Positions 39,357 to 50,378 of a DNA stretch of 64,000 nucleotides are shown one piece after another. Under the pieces are notes generated by a model that was not told the DNA's origin, made no database searches, and saw nothing but the letters and a program-made list of their open reading frames with translations. The stretch comes from Anaeramoeba ignava BMAN. Its lineage: Eukaryota; Protista; Anaeramoebae. Location of the stretch: the NCBI GenBank assembly GCA_028826165.1, contig JAPDFW010000070.1:1302001-1366000 (forward strand), in the 5' to 3' direction. The position numbers were made by a program, and so were the translations under genes. The number at the start of each line of letters is the position of its first letter. Within the stretch, counting starts at the first letter, position 1.

Positions 39357-42223
39357 TTAATTTTTCTCATCAACAAAACAAGCAGGAACATAACCTTCTC
39401 TTCCTTCACTATTTGAAACAAAATACCATCCTTCAAATTTATTAATTAATGTAAAAACTTCACCATCTTTCATATCTAATTCTGTTTCATCTCTTTTACG
39501 GTAATTATAATTAGAAACAACTTTTTTAGTTGTTTTAATTTCAACAGACAAAGATCTTTGTTCATGACCAACAACTTCCAAATAAGTTGAAGGAACTAAA
39601 CCAACAATATCATTCTTTTCAGATTCCCACCTTAAATTATTAAAAAAAATAAATAAAAAAATAAATTAAAAAAATAAATTAAAAAATGAAGAAAAAAATT
39701 TTTTTCTTTTAGGGAAAGTTTTTTTTTTTTTCCGTTTTTTTTGAATAAATATTTATTTTTAACTTACCATCCACTTTCATTTTGAGAAATAATTTTAATA
39801 ATTTCACCAGCTTTTATTGCAAGATAACCTTCTTTTTGTGGATCATAATCAGAAATAACTTTTGCATAAATTTTGTTACTTTTTTGCGGGCGAGTGTTAT
39901 CTTGTGTTACAATTTGAATTGCTGATGATTTTGGATTTTTTGGTTTTACATTTTCAATTTCAGTTTGACTTAATGATCGAGGACGATATGATTGATCTTT
40001 TATTTTCCTCAATCCTTTATTCAGTTTTTTTTGTGGAATATCTTCTGCTTCTTTCATCCTTATATTTTTCATCACATCAAAATCAAAATTCATTCCTTCC
40101 AAAATTCCTTTTTTGATTATTTTTGATTGATTTTCTTTATCTTTAAATTTTTTTCTTTTATCTTTTTTGTCTTCATTATCTTCACTATCTTCACTATCTT
40201 CACTATCTTCACTATCTTCACTATCTTCACTATCTTCACTATCTTCACTATCTTCACTATCTTTATATTGAATTTTTTTTGGTTTTTTATATTTTCTTTT
40301 TGGTTTTTTTTCTTCTTCTTTTTTATCTTCTTCTTTTTTGATTTCTTCATGAGGATACTTTTTTAATTTTAATTTTAATTTTAATTTTAATTTCAATTTT
40401 AATTTTAATTTTAATTTTGAATTTTAATTTTAATTTTAATTTTAATTTTGAATTTTAATTTTAATTTTAATTTTAATTTTAATTTTAATTTTATAAATTA
40501 ATTTTAATATTAATTTTAATTTTAATTTTAATTTTAATTTTAATTTTAATTTTAATTTTAATGTTAATTTTAATTTTAATTTTAATTTTAATTTTAATTT
40601 TAATTTTAATTTTAATTTTAATTTTAATTTTTATTTTAATTTTAATTTTAATTTCTACTTTGTTTTCATAAGTTGTTTTAGTAATAATAGGATTATAATT
40701 TTCTTCAATTCCAAAATGTTTTTTAATATATTCTTCAATTTCTTCATTTGTAAATGTAATATTCTCTCTTTCTTTTTTAATACTTGTTTGAATTTCCTCT
40801 AAAAATTGTTTTTGTTGTTCAAGATATGTTGTTAAAATTTCTTTTACTTGATTCACTTTGTTTTGTTCAGCTTCTTGAACAGCAATTAAATTTTTTTGTG
40901 AATTTTCTTTGAATTGTTTATAGAGTTTTTCTAATTTTGAATGAAATTCCATATATTGAGATTCTAAATTAGCTTGATTTTTTCTCATAGTTTGTAACTA
41001 TTTTTTTACAAATTTTAAATTTTAATTTTAATTATAATTTTAATTTTAATTTTAAATTTTAATTTTAATTTTAATTTTATAAATGAATTTTAAATTTTAA
41101 TTTTATAAATGAATTTTAAATTTTAATTTTAATTTATTTGATATTTTTACTTGTGGAATTGGCTTCTTTGTTTTAAATGCTTTGATTTCATATTTTTCAA
41201 GTTCTTTACTTTTTTGAAAATAAGTTCTTTTAATTGATTCAAATTCTTTTTCTGCTTTATCAAGTTCTTCTTTTTCAGCTTTAATTTTTTGAAGAGAATA
41301 ATATGGATCAATATAACTTTGAATTGGTTGTCGAATTTTTGTAATATTATCTGTAAGATCTTTGTTTGCTTGTTCCATTATAGAGGAAATAATTCTTGAT
41401 TCATTTAACAATGATGCCCAACTACTTGAAACTGGACTTCTATTTAATTTTGAATTTATATTTATATTTAGATTTATATTTATATTTATATTTATATTTA
41501 TATTTAGATTGATATTTATATTTATATTTATATTTATATTTATATTTAGATTTAATATTTATATTTATATTTATATTTATATTTATATTTATATTTATAT
41601 TTATATTTATATTTATATTTATATTTATATTTATATTTATATTTATATTTATATTTATATTTATATTTATATTTATATTTATATTTATATTTATATTTAT
41701 ATTTTATATTTATATTTTATATTTATATTTTATATTTATATTTATATTTATATTTATATTTATGTTTATATTTATATTTATAATTATATTTATATTTATA
41801 TTTATATTTATATTTATATTTATATTTTAATTTATATTTTATATTTATATTTATATTTATAATTATATTTATATTTATATTTATATTTATATTTATATTT
41901 ATAATTTATATTTATATTTATATTTATATTTATATTTATATTTATATTTATATTTATATTTATATTTATATTTATATTTATATTTATATTTATATTTATA
42001 TTTATATTTATATTTATATTTATTTTATTTCAAATAACCTTGTAACTTTTGATGACATTTTTGCTTCATATTTATCAGAAAACTTTTTTAATTCACGTGA
42101 ATATTCTAAATGAGTTATTGCTAAAATTGCAAAAAAATCTTGAAATTCTTTCCCTTTTTGTGATGTTTCTTTTGTTAAATCTTGGATTAAATCGTGTGAA
42201 TCCCAAAGATCAATAAAAGACAT
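39357..42223 (-). CDS. F-BAR plus two SH3 domain protein, tandem copy 2
   Basis: Same exon structure and high identity to copy 1, with a (DSE)n linker instead of (KKD)n. Confidence 0.82.
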
Positions 42224-42509
42224 TTAAAAAAATAATAAAAGAAAAAAAATAATAAAAGAAAAAAAATAATAAAAGAAAAAAAGTGAAAAAATGAAAAAGT
42301 GAAAAAATAAATTAAATTTTTTTTTTGATTAGTAAACATTTGTTTAAAAAAAATTTTAATTCTTTCTTTTTTATTTGAATTCAAAATTAAATAAACAAAA
42401 ATGAAAAAATCAAATTTGAAATTTTGATCAAATGAAAAAAAAAAATCAAAAATAAATTCTGATCAAATTAAAAAAAAATCGAATTGAAAAATAAATTGGA
42501 AAAATTGAT

Positions 42510-45386
42510 TTACTTCCTTGAAAAAGTAATGACAGCATATGGTTTTAAATTCTCAACATTTGGAATAATATAATATTGATTTACAGCTTGATAAATTATT
42601 CCATCTTTAACGACACACAATTCACAAAGAAACATTTGGTTTGTATTATCACAATAACCAACAGAAACATTAGGATTTCTAGCAAAATAAGTACCTTTTC
42701 CAAAAGCGTTATTGGTTTGCCTATCTCTTGAAAAACCATCTCGGCAAATAGGATCAATACTGCGACTACTAGTTCCATGGAATCCCCAAAGAGTACCTTC
42801 AAAAATACCAGATTCTTTCGCCTTTATCATCATGTATGAGTGTCTATGATGAAGAAATTTATTTTCAATAATTTGAATTCGGGAAATTTTTGCCTGCGGT
42901 TCGTTTTGTTTTTTCTCCGATTGCAATTTCCAAATATTTTTGATCATAAATTCTTCAGTTTCGTTTGGATTCCTGAATTGGTATTCTCTTTTTATTGATT
43001 GATAATTCTCGAATTTGTTTTCTTGATGAAATCCTGCTCCTTTGTGTTGATATTTGCAATTGAAATTTGTGCATATTCCCTTTTCTTTCCAATATTTACA
43101 TTCTTCTTTTTCCATTTCTCTAAATGGGATTTTGAATAGGGTTTTTTCTCGGTTCACTTGTATTCGGTAATCAAAATTCTTCATGTGTAATGTATTAAAT
43201 GGATTTGGATGATTATATTGACAGTTTTTGTTTGTGCACCCCTCCGGTCTATCTATATATCTGCATCGAATCAATTCTTTTGGATGTGTAAATTTGCAAT
43301 TCGGATAATCGCAATAACCTTGTAAAAAAAATTTCTCGCATAAATTGTATTTTCGACAGAAATTTTCACTTATTATTGGTGGATATTCACTCACATTTGG
43401 GATTTTTTGTTGATTTTGTTGATTTATTGGTTTGTATGTTTTTATGATTTCATTTTCAATTATGCGATTTTCTGATTGGATTGCTTGGATTTTTTGATAA
43501 AGTTGAGATTTTTTTAAGTAATCTGAATATGAATCTGAATCTGAATCTGAATATGAATATGAATTTGAATCTGAATATGAATATGAATTTGAATCTGAAT
43601 CTGAATCTGAATATGAATATGAATATGAATTTGAATCTGAATTTGAATATGAATATGAATATGAATCTGAATTTGAATCTGAATTTGAATTTGAATCTGA
43701 ATTTGAATTTGAATTTGAATTTGAATTTGAATTTGAATTTGAATTTGAATTTGAATTTGAATTTGAATTTGAATTTGAATTTGAATTTGAATCTGAATAT
43801 GATTTTAATTTTCCCTTTTTCTTTTTCTTTTTCTTATTCTTATTCTTATTCTTATTCTTATTCTTATTCTTATTCTTTTTACTATTCTTTTTCTTATTCT
43901 TATTCTTATTCTTATTCTTATTCTTATCCCTATTTCTTCTTCTCATTAATTCCAAGTCTTGAAAAATTGAATCCATTCCAATTTCTAAATCGTTATTATA
44001 TATTTCTTGATTATTTTTTGATGAATTTTGAGTTTCAAATTCTTTTATTTTCTGTCGAAGCTCTGATTGTTTATTAAACCAAGGAAATGCCACTTTAATT
44101 TTGATTTTTTCAGGTTTTACAACCTTTTCTCCAAAAAAATCGAGACTAGGATCTGATTCTGAGCTTTCTTCATTTTTACCTAAATCACTTGGTTTTTGGT
44201 TTGTATTTATTTCTTTTTTTAACTTTGATTTTGATTTTGATTTTGATTTTGGTTCATGTTTTGATTTTGATTTTGATTTTGGTTTTGGTTTATGTTTTAA
44301 ATTAGAATGTTTTGATTTTGGTTTATGTTTTGGTTCATGTTTTGATTCTTGGTTTGATATTTGATTTAATTTTGAATTTGATTCTTGTTTTGATTTATGT
44401 TTTGATTTTGATTTATGTTTTAATTTTGAATTATCTTTTGATTCTTGGTTTGATTTTGGTTCATGTTTTGATTCATGTTTTAATTTTGAATTTGATTCAT
44501 GTTTTGGTTCATGTTTTGAATTATGTTTTGATTCTTGTTTTGATATTTGATTTAAATTTGGATAAGTATTTGAATGTTTTGATTCATGATTTAATTTTGA
44601 TTCATGTTTTGGTTCATGTTTTGGTTCATGTTTTGGTTCATGTTTTAAATTTGATTTTGATTTATGTTTTGATTCATGTTTTGATTCATGTTTTGGTTCA
44701 TGTTTTGATTCTTGTTTTGAATTGGAATTTAAATTTGATTTTGATTCTTGTTTTGATTCTTGGTTTGATATTTGATTTAAATTTGGATAAGTATTTGAAT
44801 GTTTTGATTCATGTTTTAAATTAGAATTTGATTTATGTTTTGATTTATGTTTTGATTCTTGTTTTGAATTTGAATTTGATTCATGTTTTAAATTTGATTC
44901 ATGTTTTGAATTTGAATTTGATTCATGTTTTGGTTTATGTTTTGATTCATGTTTTGATTCATGTTTTGATTCTTGTTTTGAATTTGAATTTGATTCATGT
45001 TTTGGTTTATGTTTTGATTCTTGTTTTGAATTGGAATTTAAATTTGAATTTGATTCATGTTTTGATTCATGTTTTGAATTTGACTTATGTTTTAAATTTG
45101 ATTCATGTTTTGATTTATGTTTTGATTTTGATTCATGTTTTAAATTAGAATTTGATTCATGTTTTAAATTAGAATTTGGTTCATGTTTTGAATTAGAATT
45201 TGATTCATGTTTTAATTTTGGTTCATGTTTTAAATTTGATTTTGATTTATGTTTTGAATTGGAATTTGATTCATGTTTTGATTCATGTTTTGATTTATGT
45301 TTTGATTTATGTTTTGATTTATGTTTTGAATTTGATTCTTGTTTTGGATTAGAATGTTTTGAATGTTTAGAATTATCAAAAAACAT
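42510..45386 (-). CDS. Intronless CCCH zinc-finger plus PARP-family ADP-ribosyltransferase domain protein (PARP12/ZAP-like architecture) with a long low-complexity N-terminus
   Basis: Three CCCH fingers (CEKFFLQGYCDYPNCKFTH, CRYIDRPEGCTNKNCQYNH, CKYWKEKGICTNFNCKYQH). ART motifs WGFHGT, ICRDGF, AFGKGTYFA, SVGYC, MFLCEL and YYIIP..LKPYAVITF. The likely ATG is at 45386. Confidence 0.85.
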   Translation of the reverse strand: MFFDNSKHSKHSNPKQESNSKHKSKHKSKHKSKHESKHESNSNSKHKSKSNLKHEPKLKHESNSNSKHEPNSNLKHESNSNLKHESKSKHKSKHESNLKHKSNSKHESKHESNSNLNSNSKQESKHKPKHESNSNSKQESKHESKHESKHKPKHESNSNSKHESNLKHESNSNSKQESKHKSKHKSNSNLKHESKHSNTYPNLNQISNQESKQESKSNLNSNSKQESKHEPKHESKHESKHKSKSNLKHEPKHEPKHEPKHESKLNHESKHSNTYPNLNQISKQESKHNSKHEPKHESNSKLKHESKHEPKSNQESKDNSKLKHKSKSKHKSKQESNSKLNQISNQESKHEPKHKPKSKHSNLKHKPKPKSKSKSKHEPKSKSKSKSKLKKEINTNQKPSDLGKNEESSESDPSLDFFGEKVVKPEKIKIKVAFPWFNKQSELRQKIKEFETQNSSKNNQEIYNNDLEIGMDSIFQDLELMRRRNRDKNKNKNKNKNKKKNSKKNKNKNKNKNKNKNKKKKKKKGKLKSYSDSNSNSNSNSNSNSNSNSNSNSNSNSNSNSNSDSNSNSDSNSDSYSYSYSNSDSNSYSYSYSDSDSDSNSYSYSDSNSYSYSDSDSDSYSDYLKKSQLYQKIQAIQSENRIIENEIIKTYKPINQQNQQKIPNVSEYPPIISENFCRKYNLCEKFFLQGYCDYPNCKFTHPKELIRCRYIDRPEGCTNKNCQYNHPNPFNTLHMKNFDYRIQVNREKTLFKIPFREMEKEECKYWKEKGICTNFNCKYQHKGAGFHQENKFENYQSIKREYQFRNPNETEEFMIKNIWKLQSEKKQNEPQAKISRIQIIENKFLHHRHSYMMIKAKESGIFEGTLWGFHGTSSRSIDPICRDGFSRDRQTNNAFGKGTYFARNPNVSVGYCDNTNQMFLCELCVVKDGIIYQAVNQYYIIPNVENLKPYAVITFSRK

Positions 45387-45496
45387 TTTAAAAAAGAAAA
45401 AAAAAAGGAAAAAAAAAATGAAAAAAAAAAGGAAAAAAAATTTAAATTTATCACATTTATTAAAAAGTGGATAAAAAAAAAAAAACGGACACAAAA

Positions 45497-46592
45497 TCAA
45501 TCCCAAACAGCAACAATAGTAACCAAACCAAAGCCCAAAACAGCCAAAAGAATCTTTGAAATGGGTTTTCTTCCTTCCAAAACATTTTTAAAATCATAAG
45601 TAGCAGCAAAAAGAAAAGTACCCGCAGCAAAAGCCATTATAAGGGAGCACACAAGAAGGGTATTGAGCCTAGAAATGAGCATACCAAGCATAATTCCAAT
45701 TGGATCCGAAAATGCGAAAATTAAAACATAAATTGTCACTTTGATCCTATTTGCCCTGAAGGCTCGTACAAGACTTATCCCAAGAGAGAAACCCTCGACC
45801 ACCTTATGTACCATTATCGCAATAGATATCCCCAACACCTGCCGAAACCCAACTGCGACTCCAATGGCAAGCCCTTCGAGAACCGCATGGAAACACAAAC
45901 TTACTGAGATCACAACAGCCAAAACTTTGCTTGTCATCACGTCCCTATTTACCATAGGCGCCGCATCCATAGGCTTAGACTCATTCAGGTACTCTTCCGA
46001 TTCGCTGGACTGAGGTGCGGAATTCTCTGAGATTTCTTCACTTGTCTTGTTGCTTGTTTTCGTCGATTCGTCATTCGAATTTTCCATGCTGTTTTCGGGT
46101 GTGAAAAATGTGTAGAAATCAAATACATCCGGTGGTTTCGATATTTCAAACCAATGCGTCTTGATCTTCCGCTGTGATTTCTTTGATAGGATTGGTGCTA
46201 CAACATTCTCAAGGACAAGTGTTAGGAAAAATCCTACTCCACATGCAACAAGTCCGAACGGGAATTTAATTCCTTCTGACATAAGTTGCTTCTCTGATTC
46301 ATGTAGCATCTGAATTAGCGCAACTCCCAGAAAAACTCCCGCTGGTTATTAGTTATTAAATAGCCCAATAATTTTGATATTTTGATTATTTTTGTTTTTT
46401 CGATTTTAATTAATTTTCATTAATAATTAATAATTTATTTTCATTTTGTTTTTTTTTTTCACCAGCAAAAGATTCGGCTGCATTAATTTTAAGCTCAGAT
46501 GTTTGTGGAATAAAATAAGGAAGGAATCCTCCAATTAATCCTAATCCCAAAATTATAAATAACGAAATAATTTTTAACAAAGAAACTTCCAT
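45497..46592 (-). CDS. ZIP (SLC39/ZRT) zinc/metal transporter, 2 exons
   Basis: Spliced ESFAAGVFLG; TM4 CFHAVLEGLAIG; TM5 HKVVEGFSLG; FSDPIGI; AFAAGTFLF. Intron 46342-46462. Confidence 0.92.
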
Positions 46593-46802
46593 TTTATAAA
46601 AAAAATTAAATTGAAAAATTAAATTGAAAAATGAAAAAATTAAAATTAAAAAAATAAAATTAAAATTAAAAAAGAAAATTTGTTTTTTTATTATTAAAAT
46701 TGAAAATCTTTGAATTTGAAAGAAGAAATTTTTTTTCTTTAAAAAAAAGGAAGTAAAAAATTTTTTTCTTTTTTGGGAATTTTTTTTTTAAAGGAATTTC
46801 TT

Positions 46803-49784
46803 TTAGTTAAAAATTGCGTTGATTTTAATCTCAACATAAGGAAAAATTTCTTCATTCATTCCAATTAAAAAAGGTGTTTTTTCATCTTTTGATGGTTTCA
46901 TTTTTGAAGTATCTAAATATTCACCAAATAAAGAATCAAGTTGAACTCTAAGTTTTTTAATCATCTTTTCTTTTGGCTATTTTAATTTTAATTTTAAATT
47001 TTAAATTTTTAATTTTAATTTTAATTTTAAATTTTTATTTACCTTTATTATCAAAACTGTAAAATTAATTGGTCTTCCAAATCTTAAAACTGATTCTAAT
47101 AAAATTCTTGCTGCTTTTAAATGAATCCAATTTTTAAAGCATTCACCAAAATTATCAATACACCAATCATGTAAATCATTCTAAAAAATTTTAATTTGAA
47201 TTTGAATTTTAATTTTGAAATGAATTTTGAAATGAATTTTAATTTTGAAATGAATTTTCAATTTGAATTTGAATTTTGATTTTGAATTTTAATTTTGAAA
47301 TGAATTTAAATTTTGAAATGAATTTTAATTTTGAAATGAATTTTAATTTTGAAATGAATTTTGAAATGAATTTTAATTTTGAAATGAATTTTAATTTAAT
47401 TTTGAAATGAATTTTAATTTTGAAATGAATTTTAATTTTGAAATGAATTTTAATTTTGAAATGAATTTTAATTTTGAATTTGAAATGAATTTGAATTTGA
47501 AATGAATTTGAATTTTAATTTGAATTTGAATTTGAATTTTGAAATGAATTTTAATTTTGAATTTTAATTTTGAAATGAATTTGAATTTGAAATGAATTTT
47601 AATTTTGAAATGAATTTTAATTTTGAATTTGAAATGAATTTGAATTTGAATTTGAAATGAATTTGAATTTTGAATTTGAAATGAATTTGAATTTGAATTT
47701 TGAAATGAATTTGAATTTTAATTTGCATTCAAGATTTGATTTACAAATTTCTCATTTGCTTCATTTTTTAATTTTTGGAATTCTTCATCAAAATTAACTG
47801 TTTTAAGATCATCCCAATTCACTTCACGACTAATAAATGAATGTTTTTGAGCCTCAGTTCTAAAAGTATCTTTCATAGTTTCAAATAAACAAACTGTATA
47901 TAAATAGTTTTCTTTATCTTCTTGAATTTTCCTAAAAAAAATCAAAAATTAAAAAAATCAAAAAAATTAAAATCAAAAATTGATTTTGATCACTTTTTAA
48001 AGAAAAATATACCTTGCTGAACGTGGAATAATATTTTCACAAATTGTTTCATATCTCTCTAGAAAATCTCTTTCAGAATATCTAATTAATTACATTTTAA
48101 ATATTTTTTTTAATTCGATATTTTTTTTTGAAAATGAATTAAATAGTAATCACAAACTTTTTAAATACAACAAAAAGAGTTGTGATATTTGAAGTGTGAA
48201 TACAAAATGGTTCATTTTGTTTTAAACTTTTCCAATCATCAAGACTTTGAATTCTTTTAATTCCATTTGCAATAGGATCTAAATCACAAATCATAAGATT
48301 CCCACTAATTTAAATAATAAATAAATTTAATTTTAATTTCATTTTGAATTTGATTTTAATTTTGAATTTGATTTTGAATTTGATTTTGAATTTAATTTTG
48401 AATTTAATTTTGAATTTGAATTTAATTTTGAATTTGATTTTGAATTTGATTTTGAATTTGATTTTAAATTTAATTTTAATTTGAATTTGAATTTGAATTT
48501 AATTTTAAATTTGAATTTGAATTTGAATTTCATTTTGAATTTGATTTTAAATTTGATTTTAAATTCATTTTAAATTTGAATTTGAATTTAATTTTAAATT
48601 TGAATTTGAATTTGAATTTAAATTTAAATTTCATTTTAAATTTGAATTTGAATTTGAATTTGAATTTGAATTTGAATTTCATTTTGAATTTGTTTATTCA
48701 CCTTGCTCTCTTTTCAAATCCTTTTAAAGTAGAACTTGATTGGATATATTGATGTTGTATTTCAGTAAGTCCATCTTCAATTTCTCCTATTCTTTTTTGT
48801 ATAATTTTTGTTGTAATTTTGATTTTTTCTTCACGTGAAAATGTTTGTTCATCCCAATTCCAATTTTTAAGATATTCAGAAATGAGTTCTAAAAATAAAC
48901 GAAAAAAAAGTAAATTATTTTTGCTGAATTTTTTTGCAAGCATTTGATTTAAATTGTAAAATTAATACTGTCTCCAATTTTTAATGAATCTTCTGGATTT
49001 TGTTTTTTTTTATTATAATGTTTATCCATTCTTGATTTTGCTTTTTTTTGTTGACCAAGAATTTCTTCTTCCATTTCACTTTTGGTTTGAACAACACGAA
49101 TAACTTCTTGAGCAATTTTACGAGTTACACTTTCTCCATAAAGATCCAATTTCTTAAAATTTATATTAAATTATAATTTTGATTTTAATTTTAATTTTAA
49201 TTTAAATTTGATTTTAATTTTAATTTTAATTTTAATTTTAATTTTAATTTTAAATTTTAATTTAAATTTGAATTTTAATTTTAATTTTAATTTTAATTTA
49301 AATTTGAATTTGAATTTGAATTTTAATTTTAATTTGAATTTTAATTTTAAATTTTAATTTTAATTTTAATTTTAATTTTAATTTTAATTTTGATTTTAAT
49401 TTTAATTTTAATTTTGATTTTAATTTAAATTTTAATTTTAAATTTAAATTTTAATTTAAATTTTAATTTTAATTTTATAAATGAATTTTAATTTTAATTT
49501 TAATTTTAATTTTAATTTACAAGAAGATCATCTGATAAGTTAATTAATGTATCAAGAGATCCAATTTTCATTTCCTTAATTTTAAACAAACCAACAAATT
49601 CACAAAAAGGTTTAATTTTAGGAATAATTTCACGTGAATAACTTTCTTGTTGTTTGTCTTTTTCTTCAGTTGTTAATGTATCTTCAATATTAAAAAAATT
49701 ATCATTTAATGGTGATGGTGATTGTGTTAATGATTCTTTTTGAGTTGTTGAACTTTTTGTTGGAATAGAAATAACCCAATACAT
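46803..49784 (-). CDS. ATP6V1C: V-type ATPase V1 subunit C (about 8 exons)
   Basis: MYWVIS; KIGSLDTLINLSDDL.KLD; YL.NWNWD; SGNL..CDL; TSNITTLFVV; YETICENIIPRSA; YLYTVCLF; NFGECFKNWIHLKAARILLESVLRFGRPINF. Confidence 0.92.
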
Positions 49785-49974
49785 TTTTTTTTTCTAAAAA
49801 TGAAAAATGAAAAAAATGAAAAAAATGAAAAAAATGAAAAATTTTTCAAAAACAAAATTTAATTGGAAAGTTAAATGACTCATCGTATTTTATAAATTGT
49901 TTTGTTAAATCTAATTGCCATTTTTGATGTTTTTTATTTGTTAATTGAAAAAAAAATGGAAAGTTGAAAAAATT

Positions 49975-50375
49975 TTTTCTATTTGATTTTGATTTTGATT
50001 ATAATATTGATTTTGATTATAATTATAATATTGATTTATATTTTGATTTTGATTTTAATTTTGATTATAATTATGATTTTGATTTTGATTTTGATTTTGA
50101 TTTTGATTTTATTTTTGATTTCGATTTCGATTTATATTTTAATTTTAATTTTGATTTTGATTTTAATTATGATTTTGATTTTGATTTTGATTTTGATTTT
50201 GATTTTAATTTTAATTATAATTATATTTTGATTTTAATTTTGATTTTAATTTTAATTTTAATTTTGATTTTAATTTTAATTTTGATTATAATTATAAATT
50301 TTAATTTTGATTATAATTTTGATTTTAATTTTGATTTCTATTTTTAATTTCTATTTTAATTTTAATTGATTTTGA
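49975..50375. repeat. Intergenic (TTTTGA/TTTTAA/TTATAA)n hexamer array
   Basis: Visible tandem array 3' of RPAC1. Confidence 0.85.
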
Positions 50376-50378
50376 TTT

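Noticed and set aside
45741-46013. Antisense ORF within the GC-rich ZIP exon (also 52998-53294 and 13271-13600)
   Set aside because: These are short, have no recognisable motif, and are expected by chance opposite coding sequence.
7700-48015. GTATATTTT donors (GET4 7712, ATP6V1C 48012) as possible U12-type introns
   Set aside because: They lack the CC of GTATCCTT and no TCCTTAAC branch site is visible. No AT-AC introns were found, and they fit degenerate U2 donors in AT-rich DNA.
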